Virus record (IMG/VR): IMGVR_UViG_3300017963_002783
Location: 5,471 to 69,470 of that record
Reading direction: 5' to 3' (one strand)
From: a virus
DNA length: 64,000 nucleotides
Shown one piece after another: positions 30,301 through 40,274 of this stretch; the first letter of the stretch is position 1; each line of letters starts with the position of its first letter. The translations under genes were made by a program, and so were the position numbers. The notes beneath the pieces are model-generated. The model ran no database searches and was not told the DNA's origin. It was given only the letters and a program-made list of their open reading frames with translations.

Positions 30301-33123
30301 CCACAAAAGTTCGGGGAACCTGATAGAGCCATAGGCCGTGCCTACATAAAAGACCGCTGGCGACCCATTGTAGGGCAAAGGGAAATCAAGAAGGGCAAGA
30401 ACAAAGGGAAACTGGAGGTAAGACTTCCTGACGGCAAAAAGGCCATAGTGGAAAAAGACGCTATCAGGGAAATGTGGAAGCCCGAAGAGACGGGCAAGAA
30501 ATCCCTGAAACAGCTTTCCAAGAAGTACCTCGGCTCCGAGGAGGGCATGGTGGACCTCGGAGAAATCCTGGACGTTCTCAAGAAGGCCCAGATCAACCTA
30601 CCCAAAGACGATATAGGGGTTCTTCAGCAATTTCTCCGTATCCCCGATTGGCTCACCGAGTCCCATCCCAAGGAGTTGAAGTTCGTCCGCGAGAACCTGA
30701 AAAAGAGGGACTTGCACCGGAACCTGCTCAGGCACGACCTCATGGGAGCCGTGAAGCCCTTCCTGGACCTCAAGGGGAAGTCTTTCGAAAAGGTGGCCGA
30801 AGCTCTCATCAAAGGCGACCAGATAGGGGCCACCCTGCCGGATAAAGTCCTCAAGAAGAAGTTCACCCCGGAAGAGGCCAACGCCTACCGTGCCGTCAGG
30901 GAAGTCCTCAACTACATTTGGTTCGAAGACCTGCCTCAGCTCATGAAGGACCTCGGGCACAAGGAATCCGAGATTCAGGAGAAAATGAAGCAGTATGGGA
31001 AGCTGGGGGCTTACTTTCCGAGACGAAGGATAGGGCGGTACTTCATTAAGGCCACCCGAAAGGAAGTGACTGAAGACCCGGAAACCTTTGTTCTGTGGCG
31101 GGAGCATTTTGACGACATTATCCTGACAGCCACCAGGGGCAAGATAGGCATAAAGTCAGCCTTCAAAAAGAAAAAGCTCGAAGATATGTTCCCCGATGCC
31201 ATTATAGAAGGTCCCAAGGAAGTTACCCGCTACCCGGAGAGTATGTACTTTGAAGTGTCCCCCGCCGTTACCCAGGAACTCCTCGACTATGCCATGAAGC
31301 ACGTTGAAGGCACCAAGGCCGAGAAGAACGCCTTCAAGAAGGCCATGGAGCAAGCCGTAGCCGATGTGTTCAAGGTCAGGGGTTTTATGGAACACGCCAA
31401 GGGCAGGAAGGGCATCCCCGGCTATGAACTCGCTCCCAAATACGCCAAGGAAACCCTGATAAACTACATAAACGGCTACGCGGGATTCAAGAGCAAGATG
31501 CTTGCCGCAAGGGAGTTGTGGCACGAATGGCCTAAAGTGAAATGGGAAGGCAAGCCGGGGCTGAGAACGTGGGCGGACAACTACGTCAAGGACACTTACT
31601 CCAACATGGATCGCCTCGACCTTGCTGTTGACAAGGCGCGGGGCATTTTCTTCTATCAGTTTCTCGGTGCGGTTATCAAGTCCGCCATGCTCAATGCTAC
31701 GCAGAACTTCATCTCTGCCACACCGATGCTCAGTACGGAAACAGGCTGGGCGGGTACAAAGGTATCCGCAGAGATGGTCAAAACCATGGGCGACATTGTG
31801 CGCCAAACATGGACCAAGAAGCCCAAGACTACGGGCATTGACTGGCCTATGAGCAAGCGGGAAACCGCCACGTCCAAGAGGCTTTCGCCCGAAGAACAAA
31901 GGGCCATCACCAGGGCAAGGCTGGACGGCACGGTTGCCGACAAGCTCACCGAAGAACTCATGGGAATAGCTTTCGGCAAGTATGGTGGGTATTTTCGTAA
32001 ACTCCAAAGCGGCATGAGGTTCATGTTCGGAAGCGTAGAGCGCATGATGAACCGGGAGCCTACTTTTATGGTGGCTTTCCGGGTGGCCAAAAAGAAGGGC
32101 ATGGGCTTCGAAGAGGCGTACACTTTTGCCCAGCGCATGGTGGAAAAGAGCCATTACAACTACGGCAAGACGAACCTGCCTAAGCTTGTCAGGGGCGAAA
32201 ACCTGAAAGCCTTGCGTCCTGCCTGGACGTTCAGGACGTACACCGCCAATCTGGTAGAGGAAATGGGCTACCTCTGGAACCTTGCCGAACGGGAGCAAAT
32301 GAAGGCTGGGCAAAAGCCATCCATCCCGGTAGGTAAGGAGAAGTTTACCCGGAATGTCAAGGGCAAGATGGCTCTTGCCAGAATGTTCGCCGCCCTGCTT
32401 GCTTTTGGGGGACTGGCAGGAATTCCTTTATTTAACGATCTGATGGATTTCATTGCGAAGCGCACGGGGGAGGATCCCCGGAGCAAGATTGCGGAGATTG
32501 CTGGCGATTGGGCTGACATGGTGTTCTACGGCGGCCCGGGACTCGTTGGGGTGGACCTGACAGGTTCCATATCCATAGAAGTTCCGAGGAGCGCAGCGGA
32601 GCTTATCGGCATCCCTTACGAGTACGCCAAGCGCACCAAGAATTTCATGGACGACATTTACGTTCAGGACTGGCAGAGAGCAGCCGAGGATTTTCCGCTT
32701 ACGCCTCAGTTTGCCAAGTACCCTATCCAGGCTTATCGCTATGCCACTGAAGGTTTCAAAACCCGAACGGGTGTTGACATTGTAGACGATGATTTTCAAC
32801 CCATCAAGCTCACCCAGTGGGAAGCCATGAGAAAAGCGGCAGGCTTTCAACCCACCCGCATATCGGAGCACTGGCGCAAGGAGAGAACTAGGGCCATCAC
32901 AAAGAAGTACTGGGAGGACCGCAAGACACGGCTCCTGACTGCTCACAGGAACGCCCTGAGCGCGGGCGACTACCAGAAGCTCGCAGAGATAGGCGGCAAG
33001 ATTCAGGATTTGAACTCGCAGCTTCCCCCCGAGGTGGCTCCTATCAATATCAGAACCATCAAAACGGGCATGAAGCCCATTAAGAGCAAGCGGGAAGCCA
33101 TTGGCCGCAAGAGGATAAAGTGA
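27313..33123 (+). CDS. Large (1936 aa) DNA-ejection / polyvalent-type virion protein
   Basis: IRQKYPQYSDMPD N-terminus, charged middle, helical C-terminal region with YFPRRR.G.Y, NATQNF and FGGLAGIP. Confidence 0.7.
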   Translation: MNLAEIRQKYPQYSDMPDGDLAQRLHSKFYADIPFEEFSKKIGYEPVKEATQPSWVGEQAGGALETAQNIGRVYPALEAGASWLTNLYGLPASGLAALAGLPFGKEQEWAEKTREALIYQPQTERGQQLMGRTMLPFEKLQEAAEYAGGKTLEKTGSPALATGVHTAIEAAPVLVPFGPKFVKGIRNKIVNSTTWRKASIPERNLIIQDLDDVLNNPQSIKKGVTEADIVRKYGGKYFEQALERRIKGESRHTFADIIEEVEPTGPPPVPGMWQGEPRAEMMPSKEFATTPVRGPIPQPRKPMAGPGGGWVEGAGEIKKPYPGQKAIPVPIPKLGPPPEAPVPSGPPIPMTQGIGSQVPFPEGFTQAGAPPPEEIAKALETERETAAAEEFEKAKVKEKPEKFSKQWLMRTFKGDVYNQTGDFLGSVYLDGEEAHLLKIDDGKVVEKLGVYKPTDFEKAGKLQLSARQSVQEWKLKQPPRIEKGEVRKAAAFSPDTLLKAATEIDPELVHVGVKELRKKFPDVSKDEFDKAVLNLRDKGEVWLQRSAASPKVAEKMGQEVVVEGEDTYSSLSKRKPTPREAKGKEPWEKAEIRAEQIDDAEKIAKALIKDKISRNKAFDRYVAQQLGRPDLTEGEFLEIYDRYKAEYPDLKPVKEEKAHILAPDTVEGVEGNILWEDKNGVVYESSKLGSKHHGDIPEGVRLKIEDVARRGFISEGKETWLEKPIPLPKKKPVPLKKSEKAKPKRVTARDYLEEKVVAGGIETTRGQLIKELQAQGANRQQIDMYLMGLETGKEAREKAKPEKAKGKKAEKLPEGAELVARHMKKPEYKGDSEIVTEYYVTKAPSGKYEMYRRRYKDQEKVSEDLLTQEWTKEKAATSSETVFLNAEKFNIGKELQKQKDAEEEFNKQEYKLRSELQDLIDKGTEEYHKELKKARIYGKAEKGEAPQEKIDAIAAKLKPKWEPQIEVKRAELKEFRKGKKKFIADFLKPPSKPSTEPQKFGEPDRAIGRAYIKDRWRPIVGQREIKKGKNKGKLEVRLPDGKKAIVEKDAIREMWKPEETGKKSLKQLSKKYLGSEEGMVDLGEILDVLKKAQINLPKDDIGVLQQFLRIPDWLTESHPKELKFVRENLKKRDLHRNLLRHDLMGAVKPFLDLKGKSFEKVAEALIKGDQIGATLPDKVLKKKFTPEEANAYRAVREVLNYIWFEDLPQLMKDLGHKESEIQEKMKQYGKLGAYFPRRRIGRYFIKATRKEVTEDPETFVLWREHFDDIILTATRGKIGIKSAFKKKKLEDMFPDAIIEGPKEVTRYPESMYFEVSPAVTQELLDYAMKHVEGTKAEKNAFKKAMEQAVADVFKVRGFMEHAKGRKGIPGYELAPKYAKETLINYINGYAGFKSKMLAARELWHEWPKVKWEGKPGLRTWADNYVKDTYSNMDRLDLAVDKARGIFFYQFLGAVIKSAMLNATQNFISATPMLSTETGWAGTKVSAEMVKTMGDIVRQTWTKKPKTTGIDWPMSKRETATSKRLSPEEQRAITRARLDGTVADKLTEELMGIAFGKYGGYFRKLQSGMRFMFGSVERMMNREPTFMVAFRVAKKKGMGFEEAYTFAQRMVEKSHYNYGKTNLPKLVRGENLKALRPAWTFRTYTANLVEEMGYLWNLAEREQMKAGQKPSIPVGKEKFTRNVKGKMALARMFAALLAFGGLAGIPLFNDLMDFIAKRTGEDPRSKIAEIAGDWADMVFYGGPGLVGVDLTGSISIEVPRSAAELIGIPYEYAKRTKNFMDDIYVQDWQRAAEDFPLTPQFAKYPIQAYRYATEGFKTRTGVDIVDDDFQPIKLTQWEAMRKAAGFQPTRISEHWRKERTRAITKKYWEDRKTRLLTAHRNALSAGDYQKLAEIGGKIQDLNSQLPPEVAPINIRTIKTGMKPIKSKREAIGRKRIK

Positions 33124-33126
33124 TAA

Positions 33127-33801
33127 ATGCCCGTCACCCAATCTGCAAAACTGACCGCCAGAGGACAGGACTGGCTCGAGGACAAGCCCGCCCTGCTCAG
33201 GCAGCTCAACTATATCATAAAGGATATCTACTGGTGGCTTGACTACATCCGGGGCATTGAGGGCCACACCTTTGCCCCGTCCAGCATGACCGTCCCGGAC
33301 CACGACCACACCGCGGCAGATGAGGGTGGGGACTACCCATGGGCCGATTTAGTAGTGGCGGACGTTACTTATCTTCAAACGCTTGTCGCTGACATCCTGG
33401 TCAACAACCTCGTTGACAAAAGTTCCGATGAGACTATCACCGGGACATGGATATTCCAGAAATACGCCTACGTTACGAAAAGCGGCGCGGGTCCTTTCAA
33501 TCTCACCTCGGACGACTACGGCAAGAAAATCTTTATAGACAACGGCGTGAACAACGTCGTTGTGAACCTCCCGGACATTGACGCTTCAAGCATCGGCTAC
33601 TGGCTGAGTATCGTCCGGATGGGAACTGGTACGCTCAGTATTCAAGCCAAGGCGGGGGATACCATCGGGCCTTCCTCTGCGGGAGGTTATGTTCTATCCA
33701 TGGAGACGCGAACGTACCCGGAACTCGGCCTGGAAGTGGAAAGCGCGACTCACTGGTCCCCCGGCGCCATGGGGAGTTACGGAATTTGGAGAGTGTTTTG
33801 A
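33127..33801 (+). CDS. Tail fibre-like protein
   Basis: HDH and ETITGTWIF fibre motifs; C-terminal beta domain paralogous to 36823-37296. Confidence 0.55.
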   Translation: MPVTQSAKLTARGQDWLEDKPALLRQLNYIIKDIYWWLDYIRGIEGHTFAPSSMTVPDHDHTAADEGGDYPWADLVVADVTYLQTLVADILVNNLVDKSSDETITGTWIFQKYAYVTKSGAGPFNLTSDDYGKKIFIDNGVNNVVVNLPDIDASSIGYWLSIVRMGTGTLSIQAKAGDTIGPSSAGGYVLSMETRTYPELGLEVESATHWSPGAMGSYGIWRVF

Positions 33802-33802
33802 T

Positions 33803-34363
33803 ATGGCTGGGCTGGATCCCATTATTGTAATAGGTATCCCCCGCAGCGGCACGACTAATGTGGCGCGGTTGCTCCATAATCATTTCGGGGTGTTTATGGG
33901 TCACAAATTCTGGAACCCGGGATTCGCAGGGCCTGACGGCACTTATGAGGATTTGCGTCTTATGGAGATGAATCAATTATTTGATTTGGGGCTTATTAAG
34001 ATCGAGCCCTGGAAGCGGCGATTTAGACGATTTGTGAAATCCAGGCAGAAACTACAAAAGCCTTGGGGATTTAAAGACCCGCGTTTAATTCATGTTTTGC
34101 CTGTCGCCCTGTCATTTTTTGAACACCCACTCATTATCCGCTGCGAAAGGCATAAGGAATACGTGATGCACAGCCAGACGACAAAGCTGGGCTGGAAACG
34201 GGAAGATGCCGAAGCGTTTTACGACAATGCCCAAAAAATTATGGACCACGTTCTAGGGGGTCAGAACTATCTACTAGTGCATTATCCCGAAGGCGTAAGG
34301 CACAAAGACGAAAAAATCATTAGTGCTTTGGAGCAAATAGAATTGAGTTATGGCCTTAATTAA
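33803..34363 (+). CDS. Sulfotransferase family protein
   Basis: IIVIGIPRSGTT PAPS-binding loop; WGFKDPR. Confidence 0.85.
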   Translation: MAGLDPIIVIGIPRSGTTNVARLLHNHFGVFMGHKFWNPGFAGPDGTYEDLRLMEMNQLFDLGLIKIEPWKRRFRRFVKSRQKLQKPWGFKDPRLIHVLPVALSFFEHPLIIRCERHKEYVMHSQTTKLGWKREDAEAFYDNAQKIMDHVLGGQNYLLVHYPEGVRHKDEKIISALEQIELSYGLN

Positions 34364-36458
34364 TCCATACAAACGACATCTTAAATGGGAATCGACAGGC
34401 CGGACATACGAAAAACTGGACGCTGAGGGTCAACCGACAGGCGAAAAGATTTGGGCCGGTCAAATCGGTGAACAACAGGTCCAGGACGACCAGGGAAATT
34501 GGCAACCGTACATTCATGAAAACGATGAACTGAGGTTTTCCCATCACGACAGCCGCATTAAGTTTGAATCCGGGCAGCAGGTACTCAAGAAAGTAGCGGA
34601 TAAGATTTGCGAATCGGTCAAGCTGTTTGTCGAGAAGGAAACTGCTCCCGGTGTGTGGGAGACACAACCTCATGGTCTGCCTACCCGAAACATTCTCCAC
34701 AACAAGCGATTCAAGAATAAGGAGATTGTCGATTATGAGGGGTCGGCTATCGGCTGGCTGGAATTTCCCGACGCCCCGTATGACCTCCAGATCGGGATGC
34801 AGGTTGGCCGCCGCAAACATAGCGTGTTCGGCTTTCGGTTTCGCGCCCCCATTTCCGGCAGGGTGCGGTTTCAGATTGTCAAGGATGGCATTCCGAAAGT
34901 TGCAGGAGGCGCTAAACTTATCAAGCGCACGATAAATGATGAAGAGCGCATACTCGGCGTCCAGTACAAGGATTGGTATTGGAAATGGACGTATGACGAG
35001 GCGGCGTATCATTCGATAGATGTGCAAAATTCGAGCGCATATCCCGGCACGTGGAAAGCCGTCATTACTATTGGGCCTTTCGATTATGAGGAAAATACGT
35101 GGATTGAGGTCGTACCTGCCACTTGGGGGCCGACAGATACGAGTGACGATTGTTACGAAGATGCCAGAACAACTTTCAGAGAGGACATTGGTGCCTACAA
35201 CGACTTAGTACAGGGATACAATTACGCCTACATGGAATCAGGTTGGATCTGGAGTAATGTACAGGCATCAGGTACGGCGGGAGATGGGTGCTATATCGAA
35301 ATATATGTTAGAACGTTAGGTTCCGGCTCTAACGGCAACGAGTATGGTCGCCTGTATGCTGTTGATGCACGGGATGTGACGGCATGGAGCCAGGACTATA
35401 GGCCATACACTCATACCACTCGTCATGCCACCTATGTAGCGTGGAATGTAGGCGCAACTGGCTTACAGAAAAACTCCAGCATAAAAACGCTTATCCAAGA
35501 GCGATTTGACGACGACCATGTGGCAGGGGATGAGATTGGCCTTGTATGGTTGGAAACTAGTCATTCCGGCTTTAAGGACAGGATTTATTATAACTCGGAA
35601 GATACTGGCAGTGGCGATCCCCCAGCCCTGTATATAGTTTATACGGCGGGAAGTTCCTCATCCTCAAGTTCATTTTCCTCTAGTTCTAGCTCGTCAAGTC
35701 CGTCAAGCTCATCCAGTTCCAGTTCGCTAAGTTCCTCCTCGTCAAGCAGTAGCCTATCTTCGTCAAGCAGTTCAAGCTCACCGTCCAGTTCCAGCTCTTC
35801 GAGTTCGCCATCCTCCAGTTCATCCTCTTCGTCACTAAGCTCAAGCTCGTCAAGTTCTTCTCCCTCGTCCAGCAGTTCATCATCGTCGCCCTCATCCAGC
35901 TCCAGTTCCTCCAGCCCTTCCAGTTCGTCAAGCTCCAGCTCACCGTCAAGCTCCAGCTCATCCCCGTCTTCGTCATCCAGCAGCCCATCTTCGAGCAGTT
36001 CCTCGTCAAGCCCGTCCAGCTCGTCGTCCAGCAGTTCACTATCATCTTCTTCCTCAAGTTCTTCGCCCTCGAGTTCCAGTTCAAGCCTTTCCTCATCTTC
36101 ATCTTCAAGTTCTCCATCATCCTCCAGTTCCAGCTCGTCATTATCTAGCTCATCTTCCTCTTCATCATTCAGCAGTTCCAGCTCGTCCTTATCGTCCAGC
36201 TCTTCTTCTTCGTCTCCATCAAGCTCCAGCTCTTCAAGCTCCGAATCCTTATCAAGCAGTTCGAGCAGTTCCAGTCTATCAAGCAGCAGCTCCTCTTCTT
36301 CGCCATCCTCATCATCCAGTTCCAGTTCGAACCCATCAAGCAGCAGTTCCTCTTCTTCTGAGTCCAGTTCATCATCCTCATCTTCGCCAAGCTCCAGTTC
36401 GTCCAGTTCATCTATGAGTGCGCTTGAAATACTTTATTTCGGGGTGGCTAACCCATGA
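34350..36458 (+). CDS. Tail-module protein with an about 250-residue serine tract
   Basis: About 430 aa globular N-terminal region followed by Ser runs punctuated mostly by P or L. Confidence 0.8.
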   Translation: MALINPYKRHLKWESTGRTYEKLDAEGQPTGEKIWAGQIGEQQVQDDQGNWQPYIHENDELRFSHHDSRIKFESGQQVLKKVADKICESVKLFVEKETAPGVWETQPHGLPTRNILHNKRFKNKEIVDYEGSAIGWLEFPDAPYDLQIGMQVGRRKHSVFGFRFRAPISGRVRFQIVKDGIPKVAGGAKLIKRTINDEERILGVQYKDWYWKWTYDEAAYHSIDVQNSSAYPGTWKAVITIGPFDYEENTWIEVVPATWGPTDTSDDCYEDARTTFREDIGAYNDLVQGYNYAYMESGWIWSNVQASGTAGDGCYIEIYVRTLGSGSNGNEYGRLYAVDARDVTAWSQDYRPYTHTTRHATYVAWNVGATGLQKNSSIKTLIQERFDDDHVAGDEIGLVWLETSHSGFKDRIYYNSEDTGSGDPPALYIVYTAGSSSSSSSFSSSSSSSSPSSSSSSSSLSSSSSSSSLSSSSSSSSPSSSSSSSSPSSSSSSSSLSSSSSSSSPSSSSSSSSPSSSSSSSSPSSSSSSSSPSSSSSSPSSSSSSPSSSSSSSSPSSSSSSSSLSSSSSSSSPSSSSSSLSSSSSSSSPSSSSSSSSLSSSSSSSSFSSSSSSLSSSSSSSSPSSSSSSSSESLSSSSSSSSLSSSSSSSSPSSSSSSSSNPSSSSSSSSESSSSSSSSPSSSSSSSSMSALEILYFGVANP
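35652..36413 (+). repeat. Poly-serine coding repeat with diversified codons
   Basis: TCN and AGY codons mixed throughout; Pro/Leu roughly every 7-9 residues. Confidence 0.95.
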
Positions 36459-36826
36459 TGAGGTATGCCTTGAGAATCCTAAGTTTGCTGACTATCGTGT
36501 TGTTTGCTGTGTTTCTTACGATGTCCGAGGCGGATGTTTTTCTTGCGGCTGACCCGGAAGAAAGCGACGAACCGGAAGTCTACATCATTTATTACAACGG
36601 CACCACGGAACAATATGAGACAGAGGCAGACTACACCATAAAGCACAATATTACCGAGTGGCCGGAAGACACCTACGAAGTCAAGTTAAGGTACGGCGCC
36701 ACATCTACGGGCCCGTGGAGCGAATACTCAAGTACGAAATATCTCATCATCAGTTATCAGTCGGGGGCAGACCAGGCAGAAAGTTTTTTTCACCGATTTC
36801 AAACATGGAGAATTAAAGACCCATGA
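36455..36826 (+). CDS. Exported small beta-sandwich (FN3-like) protein
   Basis: Signal peptide ending SEA; YIIYY, YEVKLR and GPWSEYS resemble FN3 strands. Confidence 0.55.
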   Translation: MMRYALRILSLLTIVLFAVFLTMSEADVFLAADPEESDEPEVYIIYYNGTTEQYETEADYTIKHNITEWPEDTYEVKLRYGATSTGPWSEYSSTKYLIISYQSGADQAESFFHRFQTWRIKDP

Positions 36827-37296
36827 CCATCCATAAACTATACCTCGGAAGCGTGGGACCCTTCCTGTTTAACGATGAGGACGACATAGACGACCCTGAG
36901 AATGATTTCCAGAACCAGAAACAGCGGGCTATTGTGACCAACTTTCCGCTCGGTGCGTGGACACAGCTTCCCATTGAGGACAGGGTACAGGGCGGTCAAC
37001 TCACCGATGCCGATTGGTTGAAACTCATCTGTGTGGACAGCCAGCAGAGCGAAACGCTTATCCTGCCCACCATTACGGCGCAGCACCGGGGGAAATGGAT
37101 AGGGGTAGCCCGGACGACTTCGTCAGAACTGATTGTGCAGGCACCCGTAGGGACTAAAATTGCCAGTTCCCCTGTGGGAGGCAAACTGATCTGCGCCAAT
37201 GACAGTAGGCAAGGGGCATGGCTTGTTTTTTTCGCCCTCACCTTAAGTCAATACAGTCCGGGCTGGGGCTATGGCAAATGGCAGGTAGCGGCATGA
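36823..37296 (+). CDS. Tail-associated protein, paralog of the 33127-33801 C-terminus
   Basis: Shared LP.I....G.W...R, IQA/VQA..G..I..S..GG and SPG...YG.W pattern. Confidence 0.55.
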   Translation: MTIHKLYLGSVGPFLFNDEDDIDDPENDFQNQKQRAIVTNFPLGAWTQLPIEDRVQGGQLTDADWLKLICVDSQQSETLILPTITAQHRGKWIGVARTTSSELIVQAPVGTKIASSPVGGKLICANDSRQGAWLVFFALTLSQYSPGWGYGKWQVAA

Positions 37297-37820
37297 ATTA
37301 CGATCTTGACTATTACGAGAACCTTCTCAGGCAGTACAGTGCCACGGGGGAGCAGATTGCCAGGCGCAGATGGCAATGGATTACGGACACCATCGACCCT
37401 AAGATAGTTCTTGACTACGGTTCCGGTGTGGGATGGTTCAGGGCATGGAGGCCCAAGGGTGTCGAGGTTCACAGCTATGATATAGGCCCCTTCCCGCAGA
37501 CGGGCGTTGAGCTTCGCATGTATGACGTGGTGTGCTTCTGGGACGTGCTGGAACATATTGACAACTTTTCTCAGGTAGAACCCATTCTGGCTTTAAGCCA
37601 TAATGTGGCCGGGACTGTCCCAATTAAGCCTGACAAGACGAGGTACGCAACCTGGAAGCACTTTAAAATAGGAGAACACCTTCATTTCTGGAATAAAGAA
37701 ACCCTGAACGGTTTCTTTGAGCGATACGGCTTTCAGTTAAGCAAGCATAGCAGGGAAATCGAATGTCCCCCGAGAAAGGATATCCTATCATTCTTTTACC
37801 AAAAGGAGATAACAAGATGA
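37293..37820 (+). CDS. SAM-dependent methyltransferase (Methyltransf_23-like)
   Basis: VLDYGSGVG, WDVLEHI, EHLHFW. Confidence 0.85.
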   Translation: MNYDLDYYENLLRQYSATGEQIARRRWQWITDTIDPKIVLDYGSGVGWFRAWRPKGVEVHSYDIGPFPQTGVELRMYDVVCFWDVLEHIDNFSQVEPILALSHNVAGTVPIKPDKTRYATWKHFKIGEHLHFWNKETLNGFFERYGFQLSKHSREIECPPRKDILSFFYQKEITR

Positions 37821-38056
37821 CTAAGGTATTAAGTGTTCTGGATTTTGACGTAAGAAAAAAGGTTCTCGAAGCCCTTGCTGCGGGTAAATACATAGTGACC
37901 GTAAGCACGGTGAACGAAAAGACAGGTAAGCTCGACCATTATGCGGTCTTCAAGGAGTTCCCAACGGACGATATTTTTCCAGCTTTAGAAGAATGCGTTA
38001 AGTTAGTGGCAAATCAATTAGGTAAAATAGATGAGGAAGGTCATATTACGCAATGA
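37817..38056 (+). CDS. Hypothetical protein
   Basis: RBS AAGGAG; ATGA coupling with the previous gene. Confidence 0.55.
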   Translation: MTKVLSVLDFDVRKKVLEALAAGKYIVTVSTVNEKTGKLDHYAVFKEFPTDDIFPALEECVKLVANQLGKIDEEGHITQ

Positions 38057-38939
38057 ATTGAGTCCCGGTGATATCCTGACCATGACGAGGGTAGTGGCTG
38101 ACCTGGCCATGGCTTTCCCTGAGTGGCTTATAGATGTCCGGTCTCCCTGCCCCGAAATTTGGGAAAACAATCCCTACATCGTGCCATTAGAGCAAAAAGA
38201 AGAGGGTGTCGAATCCTTCACGGTTCATTATAACGGCATCCACGAATCGGGCTGGAAAGGTCAGCACTGGACCGATGCTTTCCATGACGATGTGGAACAA
38301 CAGTTAGGGGTTTCGTTCTCGAAGACAGGTATTAAGCCGGAGCTTTATTTATCGGATGAAGAGAAGGGCTGGATTAATCAGGTGGAGGTGGATTGCGGCT
38401 GGCCCGGTCCCTTCTGGCTCCTTAATGCCGGTCACAAGCCTGATAACACGCTGAAGCAATACCATCGCTGGCAAGAGGTTGTGGATCTCTTCAATGACTA
38501 TTTCAACGGGGCGGTCAGGCTGGCCCAGGTGGGCCACAAAAGCCACAAGCATCCTCAATTAAAGGATGTCTATAACCTTGTCGGCAAGACGGACCTCCGG
38601 CAGCTAATCAGATTGGGATGGTGGGCGCACGGCACAATCGGCCCATTGTCTTTTCAGTTTGTCATGAGTGCAGCTTTCGAGCAACCCCATGTAGTCGTAG
38701 CGGCAGGCAAGGAAGGGGTGCGGTGGCATATCTATCCCCATGGCAGATACCTCTATACTAATGGTGCCCTGGACTGTTGTAAATGGGACGGGTGCTGGAG
38801 GGGCGGCACGCAGGGTGAATGTGTAGATTTGGTTTATGGTGTTCCCAGATGCTTTAGGTTGATTAAGCCGTACATGATCGTAGATGCTGTTAAAATGTAT
38901 TATGAGGGAGGCAGACTTGGACTTTCAAGGGGTAAGTAA
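38031..38939 (+). CDS. GT9-like (heptosyltransferase-like) glycosyltransferase
   Basis: SPGDIL, WENNPY, PELYLS, NLVGKTDLRQL and a C-terminal Cys cluster (CC...GCW...C...C). Confidence 0.8.
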   Translation: MRKVILRNELSPGDILTMTRVVADLAMAFPEWLIDVRSPCPEIWENNPYIVPLEQKEEGVESFTVHYNGIHESGWKGQHWTDAFHDDVEQQLGVSFSKTGIKPELYLSDEEKGWINQVEVDCGWPGPFWLLNAGHKPDNTLKQYHRWQEVVDLFNDYFNGAVRLAQVGHKSHKHPQLKDVYNLVGKTDLRQLIRLGWWAHGTIGPLSFQFVMSAAFEQPHVVVAAGKEGVRWHIYPHGRYLYTNGALDCCKWDGCWRGGTQGECVDLVYGVPRCFRLIKPYMIVDAVKMYYEGGRLGLSRGK

Positions 38940-39516
38940 GGCTATATGGCACGACAAGGGCAAAGGACTCAGGGAAAAAGAAGCCATCTGGCTAATCAAT
39001 CTGTGTTGTGATTTGAGACCCGACATTGTTCTTGATATCGGCACGGGATGGGGAGTTACGGGCAGAATCTTTTCCCTGACTGCCAACAAGGTTTACAGTA
39101 TTGACAAGGGTGCCTGCGGTTATGCCCGTAAAGCCATTACGGATTATGGACGATTAGACAAAGTAGAATTTATTCAATCGCCTTCGATTGATACTCTCTT
39201 GCCAATCTCTTTCCATTCGGCAGACCTGGCGTTCATAGACGCCGGCCACCCAACCCTTTACGTTATAGCCGATTTTATGAAATATTCCAGGTTTATCAAG
39301 GACGGCGGTATTATTTGTTTTCATGACTGTGACCGTAAAGATGTCGTGGAGGCTCTGGCACTCATAGAAAAGCAGAACCCGAAACTCCATGAGGGGTACG
39401 CGCTTAGACAGTTTCATGCTGTAGACATTACAAGGGCCTTCTATTGGGAAAAGGAAAACCCATTTAAGGCGGTAGACATAAACCGTGTCGATCCGACAAA
39501 GGCGAGCGCCCAATGA
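38884..39516 (+). CDS. Class I methyltransferase (Methyltransf_24-like)
   Basis: VLDIGTGWG, AFIDAGH, GGIICFHD. Confidence 0.85.
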   Translation: MLLKCIMREADLDFQGVSKAIWHDKGKGLREKEAIWLINLCCDLRPDIVLDIGTGWGVTGRIFSLTANKVYSIDKGACGYARKAITDYGRLDKVEFIQSPSIDTLLPISFHSADLAFIDAGHPTLYVIADFMKYSRFIKDGGIICFHDCDRKDVVEALALIEKQNPKLHEGYALRQFHAVDITRAFYWEKENPFKAVDINRVDPTKASAQ

Positions 39517-40274
39517 AAGTGTACCTTCCCTGGTTGGGAGAGTTTGGCAACGAGCTTCTAAGATGGGTCCCGGCTGTAAGAAATTGCCAGGAGCCAAGAA
39601 TTGCTTGTTATGAGGAGGGGAAAGACTGCCTTTACCCGTGTGCTGATGGCAGACATATTGTTCCGAGGGTTAATGAACAAGACAGGGTATGTAGCGGAGC
39701 CCTAACTCAAAAAAGCGTTTGGGATGAGGTAAAGAAAACATTAGGACCAGACCACGAATATATAACCCCCTCCACACTAATGCCACTTTACCCGGAATAT
39801 CAGCATTTCGAACCATTGACAAAAGACTTCGGTTTTTCGTGCGATATAGCCGTATTCCCCCGTTGGCGCCACAACACCAAAAGACTGAACTGGGAGAATT
39901 GGCCCAAGTTTGTAAGCCTTCTGCAAGCTACGGGCTATCGAGTTTTCGCTTGTGGCCATCCTGACAGCTCCTTTAATGTGGATTGCCCTGCCGCTTGGGA
40001 TTATGACAACCCTTTGGAAGCATCCATTTGGGCAATTAAGCACAGCAAGATTCGCATAGGAATGATAACAGCTTTGACCGTGATGAGTCTTTATTGCGGT
40101 AAGGAACCCTGGGTGCTCGTCAATCAAAGAGGTATGAAATGTAACACGGGACGTGACGCCCCTAACTTTGCTTACCTCTGGTTTGCAGACTGGCAGGGGG
40201 TGGGCTGGCGCGTTTATCCCTACCTGAACCAATACATCGAAATGATGCCCATTATTGAAAAAAGGCTCTCATGA
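39513..40274 (+). CDS. Putative GT-B fold glycosyltransferase
   Basis: GEFGNEL and R.....NW..W pattern reminiscent of GT9/GT-B enzymes; cluster context. Confidence 0.5.
   Translation: MKVYLPWLGEFGNELLRWVPAVRNCQEPRIACYEEGKDCLYPCADGRHIVPRVNEQDRVCSGALTQKSVWDEVKKTLGPDHEYITPSTLMPLYPEYQHFEPLTKDFGFSCDIAVFPRWRHNTKRLNWENWPKFVSLLQATGYRVFACGHPDSSFNVDCPAAWDYDNPLEASIWAIKHSKIRIGMITALTVMSLYCGKEPWVLVNQRGMKCNTGRDAPNFAYLWFADWQGVGWRVYPYLNQYIEMMPIIEKRLS

Noticed and set aside
35686-36411. Minus-strand ORFs over the serine tract
   Set aside because: Low-complexity by-products of the Ser codons.
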